A stretch of DNA of 64,000 nucleotides from Verrucomicrobiota bacterium (GTDB lineage Bacteria; Verrucomicrobiota; Lentisphaeria; Lentisphaerales; Lentisphaeraceae). The stretch spans positions 1 to 64,000 of the forward strand of contig JBDKFG010000004.1 in assembly GCA_039798785.1 (NCBI GenBank), read 5' to 3'. Of the stretch, positions 1 to 9,879 are shown in pieces. The notes under the pieces were generated by a model. It searched no databases. It had not been told where the DNA came from and saw only the letters and a list, made by a program, of their open reading frames with translations. Position numbers and translations under genes: made by a program. The stretch's first letter is position 1. Each line of letters opens with the position of its first letter.

Positions 1-94
1 TGACGCGGACAGGAGAGCTTTCCTATCAGAGGTCATTCCGACGGATCACCGAATAAGCTAAGCTATTGCTGTTGCAGCTAATCCTTCCAACCTT

Positions 95-1174
95 TCAACG
101 GCGGTTTTTAGCTTGAACGATCATTCCCTCCCAAGGACTGCAGACGATGAGCGTCGTTTCCGGGGGAACCGGGGAGAGCTCCCGGGTGACTCGTTTAGGA
201 CGGTGATGCTCCAGCATGCTCAAGCCGAAATTGAGCCAGATGCCGATGCAGACCATGCCGATGGCAAAGGTGCTGATCGAGACTCGCAGAGCGGTCATCG
301 GGTCGCCCCCGAAGTGACGAGCAAGCAGGATGGTGAAAAAGGGGGCAGGGAGTGCGGCGAGGAGGCAGAGCATGCGACGTGCTTCGTCGGAAAGGCCGGG
401 CAAGAAGATGGCGACGGCCAAAAACGGAATCGGTAGGATTAAAAGTCGGACGCCAATTGCCGCGAAGACGACCCGCAAGCCGCTGCGGAAAAAGCCACTC
501 TCACGAAAGAGCAGGTCGTAGATCACAGCTCCGCAGAGCAGGACGCCGAATGGGATCGCCCCCTTGCCCAACATCTCGATAGGATGGATAATCGCCAGCG
601 GAATGTCGTGGTGCAAGCCGGTGAAATTGCATAACAGAGCCGCGGTGACGGCAACGCTGGGGCCATTGAGCAGTTTTGCACACCAGTCACGATTAAAGCT
701 CCCACTGAGAATCAAGACCCCAACGCTCCAAAGCGCGATGTCGAGGCCGACGTTGTAAACCGTCAAAACTGCCAGCTCGGCTGATTGCGGTCCCCAAAGG
801 CCGATAGCCACCGGAATGCCGACGTATGCCGCGTTGGGCATCGATGCGGTGACCCCGAATGTGCGCGCTTTGGTTCCGCCGTCTCTTTGATGCCGGAAGA
901 TCAGTCGCCCGACTTGATAGGCGATCAGCATGCAGACAAGAGTAAGAACGCAGCCACAGCCGATCAGCATCACCGCCTGCGATGGCTCGAGCAAGCAGGA
1001 CTTGCCGAGAATGGAGGAGAAAATCAGCGCCGGAAGCATGACGTTGACGACGATTTTCATCAGACTGGAATCGGCTTCACCACTGAGGATCGAGCGATGA
1101 CGACAGACCATTCCTATGGCTACGAGAACGCTGACCGAGGCAAGCGCAGCAACAACTGGGGTGGTGCTGAACAT
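95..1174 (-). CDS. AEC (auxin efflux carrier/malate permease) family membrane transporter
   Basis: 359 aa with about 10 hydrophobic helices; family-like motifs 'NVMLPALIFS', 'PNAAYVGIPV' and 'AALPAP'; GGAGG RBS upstream. Confidence 0.85.
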   Translation of the reverse strand: MFSTTPVVAALASVSVLVAIGMVCRHRSILSGEADSSLMKIVVNVMLPALIFSSILGKSCLLEPSQAVMLIGCGCVLTLVCMLIAYQVGRLIFRHQRDGGTKARTFGVTASMPNAAYVGIPVAIGLWGPQSAELAVLTVYNVGLDIALWSVGVLILSGSFNRDWCAKLLNGPSVAVTAALLCNFTGLHHDIPLAIIHPIEMLGKGAIPFGVLLCGAVIYDLLFRESGFFRSGLRVVFAAIGVRLLILPIPFLAVAIFLPGLSDEARRMLCLLAALPAPFFTILLARHFGGDPMTALRVSISTFAIGMVCIGIWLNFGLSMLEHHRPKRVTRELSPVPPETTLIVCSPWEGMIVQAKNRR

Positions 1175-1576
1175 GATTAATGTCCTCCCTGAAGTGGCCT
1201 AGTCGCCCTAAGTTGAGGTTCTCGGCTTCTCATATCACTCTCCGCCTTGTTGCTCCCTTAAAATATTATTACGAAATTCGATTTTAAAAGTTCATTCATT
1301 ACGATTTTTTGATTGTTTTTAATATTTATTACAAATTATTATTTAGCAAGCGAAGGCATTTAGTTTGGCTGTGCTCCAAGCACCTTAAACTTCCCCCTAT
1401 GATCCATCTTTCCGAAGATCCCTTGTCATTCCGCAGTCCGTACTGACGTTTTATTGACTAGAAAGGCGCGAATCCTTATAAAGTCCGAACTAACGAGACT
1501 TCTCAAGGTTCCCACGCCACCTAACCTGCACAGCCTCAATGAATAGAACAAAAGCAAATCTCGAGAGGAGTCAACA

Positions 1577-3508
1577 ATGATCAAAATCCACACGGGACCT
1601 GCCCTGTTAGCCGCTCTGATTGCCGCCGCATGCCAGTCCACGGGAGCGAGAAGTCTCCCTGCGGAGTCGTCGCTAGTCGCCGCCCTCGGCAAGGAGGAAA
1701 AATCTGGCACCCAAGTCAGCCGCACCCAGTGGTTTGAGGAAGCTCGCTTCGGGATGTTCATCCACTGGAGCGGCAGCGCCGCCATGGAAGGTCGCTACTG
1801 CGGCGAGCCGGTAAGGCAGGGCGTCTACGGAGAATGGCTGCGCGCTCGCAACAGAATGCCCCGGAAGGATTGGGATGTCGCGATCGCCTCCATGCAAATT
1901 ACGCCCGAAAAAGTCGACGCTTGGGCGGACGCAGCCAAGTCTGCCGGCATGAAATACCTCATCTTCGTAGCCAAGCACCACGACGGCTTGGCGCTATGGC
2001 CCTCCAAGGTGTCCGACTACACCTACAACAAGGTCAGCGGCGTCGATTTCGATGTCATCGCACGCCTGAAGAAGGCCTGTGACGAACGCGGACTGAAGCT
2101 GTGCTTCTACTACTCGCAGTGGCAAGACTGGGAATCTCCAGAAGGCTGGGGAAACTTCTGGGAGTTCAACAGCCGCAATCCGGCCCAGTACGATGCCCAC
2201 AAAAACTTCCAGTTCTGGGACGGCTCGCTTTTCCGCGACAACCTGGACTCAGTGCGTTTCGACCGTTATTGGCGAGGCAAGGCGATGCCCCAGGTGGAAG
2301 AGCTGATCCGTAACTACCGCCCGGCCATGATCTGGTTCGACTGCTATATCCCGCAGGAGAAGACAGTCATGAGCGAGCAACAGCTCGCCGACATGAGATC
2401 AATGATTCGCAAGCTCGACCCGCAGTGCCTGATCAACTCCCGCCTGCCGACCACCAAGATCGGCGGCGATGACGGCGCTGATTTCGAGACTCTCGGAGAC
2501 AACCAGCTGGGGAACCAGCGCCGCGGCCACCCATGGGAAAGCGCCATGACCTTCCCCATGTCCTGGGGCTACAACCGCGATGACCAAGACTGGCGCCCGA
2601 CTACCTACTTCGTGCGAAACCTCGTCCGCAATGTCTCAATGGGCGGCAACTTCGTCATCAACATCGGCCCTCTTGCCGACGGCACCGTCCCCGAAGAGGC
2701 TCGGGTGCGCCTGAACGAGATTGGCCGCAGTGTCATCGCCAACCGTCAAGGCATCGCCGGCTGCGGCATGTCGCCATTCGAAGAGACCTCTCAGGACTGG
2801 GGTTTGACCACCCACCGCCGTGACAAGGACGGTTCGGAGCAACTGTTCCTGCATGTCTTCGACTGGCCGGTCGACGGCGTGGTGCGAGTCAACGGGCTCA
2901 AGACCCGGGTGCGCAGCGCCTCCCTTCCCTCCACCGGAGCTCCGCTGAAGTTCACGCAGAACGGCCTATCGACCCATGTCTCGGTACATGGCCTGTCCCC
3001 CCTCCCCTACAACACCGTCATCCGTCTTGATCTGGAAAGCGCGCCGGAGGTGGATAATCAAGTCATCGGCGAACGCAACGGTGGCGACATCGTGCTCCAA
3101 GCCGCCCAGGCCCGCTGCATGGGAGTCAAACGCGAGCGCCCCGATGATGGCAGCACCAAGCTCCCAGCCCAACTCGGCGCTTGGCACGCAGGGAACGCCT
3201 CGGCATCGTGGCGCATCACAATTCCCGCTGCTGGCAAATACCGCACGCGGATCTGCTATGCGGCCGATCTCGCCGCTGCAGGTCAAGGCTTCACCGTTTC
3301 CACGGAAACCGGAGCCGTCCTTCACGGAGAGGTCCAGGGAACGCACCGCAATCATGGCGAATTCCGCACCTTCGAGCTCGGGGAAATGGATTTCCCCCAC
3401 GCCGGGGAGTACACGGTTCATCTGCGCCCCTCCGCCAAGGTCGAGGCTGAACTGTTCAAATTGCTCTGGGTATGCTTCAGTGAGAAGAAACCTGCGGAAG
3501 CGAAATAA
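1577..3508 (+). CDS. Alpha-L-fucosidase (GH29) with lipoprotein-like signal and C-terminal CBM-like domain
   Basis: GH29 motifs 'WFEEARFGMFIHW', 'AKHHDG', 'MIWFD', 'PWES', 'SWGY', 'GGNFVINIGP'; GAGGAG RBS. Confidence 0.93.
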   Translation: MIKIHTGPALLAALIAAACQSTGARSLPAESSLVAALGKEEKSGTQVSRTQWFEEARFGMFIHWSGSAAMEGRYCGEPVRQGVYGEWLRARNRMPRKDWDVAIASMQITPEKVDAWADAAKSAGMKYLIFVAKHHDGLALWPSKVSDYTYNKVSGVDFDVIARLKKACDERGLKLCFYYSQWQDWESPEGWGNFWEFNSRNPAQYDAHKNFQFWDGSLFRDNLDSVRFDRYWRGKAMPQVEELIRNYRPAMIWFDCYIPQEKTVMSEQQLADMRSMIRKLDPQCLINSRLPTTKIGGDDGADFETLGDNQLGNQRRGHPWESAMTFPMSWGYNRDDQDWRPTTYFVRNLVRNVSMGGNFVINIGPLADGTVPEEARVRLNEIGRSVIANRQGIAGCGMSPFEETSQDWGLTTHRRDKDGSEQLFLHVFDWPVDGVVRVNGLKTRVRSASLPSTGAPLKFTQNGLSTHVSVHGLSPLPYNTVIRLDLESAPEVDNQVIGERNGGDIVLQAAQARCMGVKRERPDDGSTKLPAQLGAWHAGNASASWRITIPAAGKYRTRICYAADLAAAGQGFTVSTETGAVLHGEVQGTHRNHGEFRTFELGEMDFPHAGEYTVHLRPSAKVEAELFKLLWVCFSEKKPAEAK

Positions 3509-3519
3509 GGAGATCCTTC

Positions 3520-5976
3520 ATGACCCGCCTCATCCAAATTCTTCTCCTCCCGCTCGCCTTGCTCCTTGCAGGTGCTGCATCCTGCCGCTCCGTACCTGTC
3601 CTCGCCGAAGCACGGATGACGGACTACGTGATCGTGACCAGTGCAAATGCGCCACCGGCCGAGCAAACCGCCGCGAAGGAGCTGGCTGAATACCTGAGAA
3701 AATCAACCGGAGCGAGCTTCCAGATCGTCACCGAAACCACGTCGGAGCCGTCCCAAGCCATCTATCTGGGCTGGACTGAGTTTGCCGCTAGCAAAGGCTT
3801 GGATGGCTCCAAGCTCTCTGCCGAGGAATGGAGGATCAAGACCATCGGCGACCACCTCGTCATCACCGGCGGCCGCCCTCGCGGCACTCTTTACGGCGTC
3901 TACGACTTCCTCGAGAAGAACCTCGGCATCTACTGGCTCGACCGAGACACAGAGCTCGTCCCCAGCCATGCCTCCCTGAATCTGGCGCCAGTCGACCGCC
4001 AAGGACAACCCGTGTTCCGGATCCGCAACAACTACCCCACCCGCGACGATGAGCAGGAAATCCGCTTCCGTCTCCGCAACCGGCAGAACTATCACGGGGC
4101 CAACATTGAAGATCTGCCTTCTGCGATCTTCGACGCTCACGGCGGGCGCGAGTTCATCGGCGGCCCGAACCACTGCCACAATCTCCACATGTACGTCCCG
4201 GTGGCCAAATACGCCGCCGATCATCCGGAGTATTACGCCCTTGACAACAAAGGTAAGCGATCAATCCCTTCTCCCAACATCAAGGACCACTCCAGTGGCA
4301 GCATCTGCTTTACCCACCCGGAGGTCCGAAAAATCGTCCTGGCGCAATTGCTGGATTGGATCGCCGCAGACCGCAAGGAGTTCCCGCCAGGTCGTCCGGC
4401 TGCCGCCCGGCAGTCGCCGCCCATCGTCTATGATGTCAGCCAGCAGGACAACATCGTCGTCTGCCACTGCCCCTCGTGTCGCGCCTTGGTCAAGCGAGAG
4501 GGATCGGAAAGCGGCCCGCTCATCGACTTCATCAACGAATTGGCCGATGGTGTGGGGGGGATTTATCCTGACGTCAAGATCCAGACCTTCGCCTATCAAT
4601 GGTCGCAATCCCCGCCGCTGACACTGCGTCTGCGTCCGAACGTCGTGATCCGCTGGTGTGATTGGTGGGCACCTTTCGGACAGCAGACGGAGGCGGAGCC
4701 CTGGCATCCTCTCACAGCCCCGGCCAATGCCTGGCGGGCAGAGAACCTGCGGCGCTGGTCTTCCATCACACCTGCCGGATTGCATGTATGGGACTACGGC
4801 GAATTCTGCTCCTGGCCGGGCTTCCCCTTCACCCTGTCCGCCCCACTGTCCGAAGACCTGAACTTCATGGCCGACAACCATGTGTTCGCCTTCTTTCTGC
4901 AGAACGACACCGGATCGCCCTGGTCCCGATCGGGCGGCCGTTGCAATTTCTCTCCTCTGTACAACTGGCTCTCTTGCCAGCTGATGCTAGATCCGCGCCG
5001 CCCCGTCGAGCCCCTCATCCAGGTTTTCATGGACGGCTATTACGGTCCGGCGGCACCCTATATGCGCTCGCTCTACGACAAGCTTGCCAGCGCCCAGAAG
5101 AGTCTACCAAGCCGGATGGCAACGGGCAGCAGCATCGCCCAGATCGGCTACGTGACGGCGTCCTTCCATGCGGAGATCGACCGCCTGCTGCAACAGGCTG
5201 AAAGTGTCTGCGCAACAGACATCAAGGCCCTGAGGCACGTCCAGCTCGAGAGGATTCGCTGCGACAGCGCACTGCTCGACAATTGGGATCAGCTGAAATG
5301 GAAACTGGCGCCGGGAGAATCCATGCCCTTCGAACGCGAAGCAGTCATCGCACGGATCGAGGAGCGCGCCTCGCCAGTGATGACCAGCCTCGGCCTCCCC
5401 CCGAATTCCACCTGGAGCCTGAAGCACCGCCTGAATTTCTGGCGCCATCCCCCCAGCGCAGAGCTTCCCCCGCAGTTCCGCGATCTCGACACCCATCGCG
5501 TCATGCAGTTTCTCTACCCGAGTTTCAACCTGCCCGGGGTAAATGACCCCGAGGCCGCCTCCGGGAAGGCGGTGCGGATCCACCCCGCGGACGAGTCACT
5601 TCACCACCCTGCCCCCGCATTCGGCCTCTACAATCAGAGTTCCAAGAAATTCGGACCTTCTGTGACTATCCCGAAAGCGCAAATCCCACAAGACGGGAAG
5701 TACCACCTTTACAAAGTCGGTCTCTGCCGCATGCTGCCAGGAACACGACTTTGGGGGCATTCAAGTTGGACCTTCGCCTGCCACGACATCGAGTATGCCC
5801 ACAAGGCAGAGGCTAATGATTGGGAGGTTTGGGTCTCAGCGAAGTTCACCGGTCCTGCCTACATACGAGATAGCCAGGACAAGCAAAGCCACTTCTATGT
5901 CGATCGCGTCCTCTTGGTCAACCCAGAGCCCGTAAAGGCGATCAAAATAGAGAAGGACAAGCTCAAAAACCCTTGA
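3520..5976 (+). CDS. Secreted DUF4838-like protein (putative glycoside-hydrolase-like, N-terminal GH20/GH67-type domain)
   Basis: Signal peptide; 'AAKELAEYL', 'ITGGRPRGTLYGVYDFLE', 'HPEYYAL', 'CHCPSC', 'YYGPAAPYM' motifs; operonic with the fucosidase. Confidence 0.8.
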   Translation: MTRLIQILLLPLALLLAGAASCRSVPVLAEARMTDYVIVTSANAPPAEQTAAKELAEYLRKSTGASFQIVTETTSEPSQAIYLGWTEFAASKGLDGSKLSAEEWRIKTIGDHLVITGGRPRGTLYGVYDFLEKNLGIYWLDRDTELVPSHASLNLAPVDRQGQPVFRIRNNYPTRDDEQEIRFRLRNRQNYHGANIEDLPSAIFDAHGGREFIGGPNHCHNLHMYVPVAKYAADHPEYYALDNKGKRSIPSPNIKDHSSGSICFTHPEVRKIVLAQLLDWIAADRKEFPPGRPAAARQSPPIVYDVSQQDNIVVCHCPSCRALVKREGSESGPLIDFINELADGVGGIYPDVKIQTFAYQWSQSPPLTLRLRPNVVIRWCDWWAPFGQQTEAEPWHPLTAPANAWRAENLRRWSSITPAGLHVWDYGEFCSWPGFPFTLSAPLSEDLNFMADNHVFAFFLQNDTGSPWSRSGGRCNFSPLYNWLSCQLMLDPRRPVEPLIQVFMDGYYGPAAPYMRSLYDKLASAQKSLPSRMATGSSIAQIGYVTASFHAEIDRLLQQAESVCATDIKALRHVQLERIRCDSALLDNWDQLKWKLAPGESMPFEREAVIARIEERASPVMTSLGLPPNSTWSLKHRLNFWRHPPSAELPPQFRDLDTHRVMQFLYPSFNLPGVNDPEAASGKAVRIHPADESLHHPAPAFGLYNQSSKKFGPSVTIPKAQIPQDGKYHLYKVGLCRMLPGTRLWGHSSWTFACHDIEYAHKAEANDWEVWVSAKFTGPAYIRDSQDKQSHFYVDRVLLVNPEPVKAIKIEKDKLKNP

Positions 5977-6000
5977 GACGAGAGACGAAGCCAAGTAGGT

Positions 6001-6025
6001 TCCGGGGCGAGCTTCGCCCCGGAAT
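6001..6025. terminator. GC-rich hairpin between convergent genes
   Basis: tccggggcga-gct-tcgccccgga inverted repeat. Confidence 0.6.
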
Positions 6026-6032
6026 TCCACCC

Positions 6033-6608
6033 TCAGAGATAGCTGTCGAGCTGTCGCACATAGCGGGCCATCGCTTCGCCCACTCGCTTGCGATAGACAA
6101 TGACGGTGTTCTGGGCAAGCTGGCAGTGAACAGCCGCAGCCTCGGGAGTTTCCCCATTAACAAGCCGCTTGACCACATCGATCACCTGGGGACTGAAGTG
6201 ACACTCGGCCTCCTGCCAAGCCAAGGACAGAAGATGAGCTTGCCACTCCTCCTCAATCCAGACAGGCTCCACCGCTTGATCGTCATCGGCAAGGCTGCCG
6301 ACGCTCTCTTCCCGGCGCGCACGCCGGCCATTGCTGCGGCAATGATCGACAAAAGCGTTGTGGCAGATGCGCGCCAACCAGGAGCGAAACCGCCCCTTCC
6401 CCGGCTCGAATCCACCCTCGTTCATGGCTCGCCAGCAGCGCAATAGGATTTCCTGCCGCAGATCATCAATGTCAGCATGGGACAATCCATGGCGGCGCAG
6501 CAGCGCCCCGATGAAGCCACCGTAATAGTTAAGAAAGGCCTCCCATGCCATCTCGTTGCGGCTACCAGTCAGCCCCGCAATTAAGCTATGTCTGGTTTCT
6601 TGCGACAT
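6033..6608 (-). CDS. ECF sigma-70 factor (PVC-type)
   Basis: 'TRHSLI...AWEAFL..Y', 'DIDDLRQEILL', 'KGRFRSWLARICHN' (sigma2) and C-terminal sigma4 HTH; start taken at ATG 6608. Confidence 0.9.
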   Translation of the reverse strand: MSQETRHSLIAGLTGSRNEMAWEAFLNYYGGFIGALLRRHGLSHADIDDLRQEILLRCWRAMNEGGFEPGKGRFRSWLARICHNAFVDHCRSNGRRARREESVGSLADDDQAVEPVWIEEEWQAHLLSLAWQEAECHFSPQVIDVVKRLVNGETPEAAAVHCQLAQNTVIVYRKRVGEAMARYVRQLDSYL

Positions 6609-7022
6609 TCTAAGTCCCTTCTTTAAAAAATTAAAGAGAACATGGTGAGTACACCTGTCAATCTGACATTGCGAGTTTCCCAACTTTCAGCTTTCAGCTT
6701 GTAAGTAACCAGTTTCATTCTTGGTGCTGCAGAAATCGCAATCGACTCGTTAGGCGGCAGCCATATCCACGGCAACCACCTCGCCCGCATGGATGCCCCC
6801 ATCCAGGCTGGAGTTGGGACACAGTTGGGGACGTACAAAACACAGGCTCCCCCTGTCATCCCGAAACTCTCTAGCTAGCAAAGCGGGAACATTCCAAAAG
6901 TCATCACCATCTGTCATTACACAATAACTGGTGGCGTTTCAGAGGTATCCAACCTTCTGCGATCTGCCTGAAACAGATCGCAAACCCCAAGAAACTCATA
7001 CAACAGACACACAGGACAAGCC

Positions 7023-8954
7023 ATGACAAGAAGCACACTCCTCACCCTCCCACTAGCACTGCTTTTTGCAGCCTGCTCCGCAGCCGAGAACTCCGCCACT
7101 TCGGCGGCAGCCAAGCCGATCCTGCTTGAGGCCGAGGCCTTCGCCGAACACGGCGGCTGGGCGCACGACCAGCAGTTCATGGACCAGATGGGCTCTCCGT
7201 ATCTCCTCGCCCACGGCTTGGGCAAGCCGGTGGCCGACGCCACAACCCTCCTCAAGGCCCAGCCCGGCCGCTACCGTCTCTGGGTGCGCACCAAGGACTG
7301 GGTCGCTCCCTGGGGAGCGAAAGGCACACCCGGCCGCTTCCAGGTGAAGCTCGACGGCCAGGCCGTGCCGGTCGAATTCGGCACCGAAGGCGCCAAATGG
7401 CATTGGCAGGACGGCGGCATCGTCGAACTGAAATCCGAGAACCGCGTCGCCCTGCACGACCTCACCGGCTTCGAGGGCCGCTGCGATGCCCTGCTCTTCT
7501 CCTCAGATCTCAAGGCTACACCTCCAGATGCCGGCCCCGATGCGGCACCTTGGCGCCGCGAGCTCCTTGGCCTGCCCGAAAACCCTGAGGACGGCGGCCG
7601 CTTCGACCTGGTGGTGGTCGGCGGTGGCGTGGCTGGCTCCTGTGCTGCCGTTGCCGCAGCCCGCGAGGGCCTATCTGTCGCCCTGATCCAGGATCGCCCC
7701 GTCCTCGGCGGCAACGGCTCGAGCGAGGTCGGTGTCCGCATCGAAGGACACATCCACCAGAAACCCTGGAAGGAAATCGGCAATCTCGTCGCTGAATTGG
7801 AGGGAAAGCGCAAGAAGACGCCGCTGGTCTGCCAAGTCGCAGATCCGAAAACCGCGATCGAAGAAAGGCAGCAACAAGACGCTAACATGTCTGACGTCAT
7901 CGCCCGCCAGCCCGGCCTCAAGCTCTTCACCGGTTTCCGCGTCAACGCCGCGGACGCCGACAAGGGGCGGCACCTTCGGGCAGTCGTCGCCCAGGACACC
8001 CGCAGCGGCCGCCGCCTGCGCTTCGCCGCCACCTGGTTCGCCGATTGCACCGGCGACGCCACCATCGGCTTCCTCGCCGGCGCCGAGTTCACCATGCAAA
8101 ATGAGGGGCACATGGGCGTCACCAACCCCTGGAGCATCAGCTGCGAGTGCAAAGACCGCACGCTTCTCTCCGCCAGCACCTCCGAGTCCCCTGGATCGAT
8201 TTTCGCCTTCCCCCGCTGCCCCTGGGCTGTGGATCTGTCCCAGAAGCCCTTCCCCGGCCGCGGCAAAGTCGCCGGTCAATGGGAAGCCAAGGGCGCCTCG
8301 AGCAATCTCGGCAGCTGGTTCTGGGAGAGCGGCTACAATCGCCATCCCATCGACGAGGTCGAGTTGATGCGCGACCAGAACCTGCGCGCCATGTATGGCG
8401 CCTGGGACGCTCTCAAGAATGTCGACAAGGTCTATCCCGATCGCGAGCTCGCCTGGGCCGCCTTCATCGCCGGCAAGCGTGAATCCCGCCTCCTCACCGG
8501 TGACGTGGTGGTCAACGGCGACGACTTCCGTAAAGGCCGCAAATTCGAAGACGCGGCGTTCCCCTGCACCTGGAGCTTGGACTTGCACGACCCGCATCCG
8601 CAATTCCTTGATGCCGACCCCTACGACCCCTTCATCTCAAGCGCCAGCCATTATGATGACAAAAGTGGGAAATATCTCTATAAAGGCCCTTACTGGGCTC
8701 CCTACCGCGCCCTTTATTCACGCAACATCGACAACCTTTGGATGGCCGGACGCAACATCAGCGTCGACCGAGAGGCTCTCGGCGCGGTAAGGGTGATGCG
8801 AACCTGCGGCATGATGGGTGAAGTGGTCGGCCTCGCCGCCGGCATCGCCAAGCGCCGCGGTCTCTCCCCGCGCGGCGTTTACGAAAAGGCACTGCCCGAG
8901 CTCCAGGAATTGATCGTCCGCGGCGTCCTGCCCGCTCCCCGAAAAGAGAACTGA
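7023..8954 (+). CDS. Secreted FAD-dependent oxidoreductase (FAD_oxidored-like)
   Basis: 'VVVGGGVAG', 'QDRPVLGGNGSSE', 'DCTGDA', 'GKRESR', 'RVMRTCGMMGE'; lipoprotein-like N-terminus. Confidence 0.88.
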   Translation: MTRSTLLTLPLALLFAACSAAENSATSAAAKPILLEAEAFAEHGGWAHDQQFMDQMGSPYLLAHGLGKPVADATTLLKAQPGRYRLWVRTKDWVAPWGAKGTPGRFQVKLDGQAVPVEFGTEGAKWHWQDGGIVELKSENRVALHDLTGFEGRCDALLFSSDLKATPPDAGPDAAPWRRELLGLPENPEDGGRFDLVVVGGGVAGSCAAVAAAREGLSVALIQDRPVLGGNGSSEVGVRIEGHIHQKPWKEIGNLVAELEGKRKKTPLVCQVADPKTAIEERQQQDANMSDVIARQPGLKLFTGFRVNAADADKGRHLRAVVAQDTRSGRRLRFAATWFADCTGDATIGFLAGAEFTMQNEGHMGVTNPWSISCECKDRTLLSASTSESPGSIFAFPRCPWAVDLSQKPFPGRGKVAGQWEAKGASSNLGSWFWESGYNRHPIDEVELMRDQNLRAMYGAWDALKNVDKVYPDRELAWAAFIAGKRESRLLTGDVVVNGDDFRKGRKFEDAAFPCTWSLDLHDPHPQFLDADPYDPFISSASHYDDKSGKYLYKGPYWAPYRALYSRNIDNLWMAGRNISVDREALGAVRVMRTCGMMGEVVGLAAGIAKRRGLSPRGVYEKALPELQELIVRGVLPAPRKEN

Positions 8955-9351
8955 TGAGCGCCTAGGACGATCAGGATCAACAATGAAAATCGAACGGGAG
9001 TGATTAAAGTGGCATGGACATTTTACGGGGCGATGGCCAGGCTGGAGCTGGTCTCGGGAGACCATGACAAGCCCGGCCCCCAAAGCATAGACGGCAACAA
9101 GATCTCCTTGGAGCTGGAAGCTGGTGAAGGTCAACTCCTGCTGCTGCAGTAATGGCTTCCATGGTGCTCCAAAAAAAGTGAAATGTCGCGGATCGCAGGA
9201 AGCAAGCCTCCAACCGGCACGTGATGCTAAGGATTCATGGTGTTGCCGGAGGGATTTACAGTGCGATGCCGCCAAGAACCAACTTGCTGGGAAGGCAATT
9301 GCATAGGCGGCAAAAGGAACTCAAGCAATCAACTAGATCCATGAGGGTAAT

Positions 9352-9810
9352 ATGATTCATCATCTTTCTCTGGCAGTCGAGAATCCTAGACATGTGGCGC
9401 AAGTTCTCGCGAACTTGCTGCGAGGGGCGGTCACGGGCTTTGGTCCGTATCCCAATTCTTACATCGCATGGGCAGCCGATGATGTCGGCACGGCGATTGA
9501 GCTTCTGCCGATCGGGACGCAGATGCGACCAGGTGCCGGAAAGGTACAAGCTCAATTTTTCAACACACCGGACGCCTCCGGGTTGACGGCGACACATGTC
9601 GCCCTGTCTGTTCCTTTGGAGGAGGCCGAGGTTCTCGAAATCGCCAGGCAACAGGGCTGGCGGGCCGTACGCATGTCCAGGGGCTGGAACGACGTGATCG
9701 AACTTTGGATCGAGAACCGAGTTCTCGTGGAGGTGATGACGCCCTCCATGACTCAGGAATTTCTGGCCGCTATCCGGGCTTGGCTTCCTCAGATCAGAGC
9801 TGCAGAATGA
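9352..9810 (+). CDS. Hypothetical protein, probable VOC/glyoxalase-like fold
   Basis: 'IHHLSLAV', 'THVALSV', 'VIELWIEN..LVEV' pattern; GAGG RBS. Confidence 0.6.
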   Translation: MIHHLSLAVENPRHVAQVLANLLRGAVTGFGPYPNSYIAWAADDVGTAIELLPIGTQMRPGAGKVQAQFFNTPDASGLTATHVALSVPLEEAEVLEIARQQGWRAVRMSRGWNDVIELWIENRVLVEVMTPSMTQEFLAAIRAWLPQIRAAE

Positions 9811-9879
9811 CATTATCATCCACACCGCACCCCTCCAAAGGAACTAGGCCCTTAGCCGCACGCAACGAGGAATAAGAAT

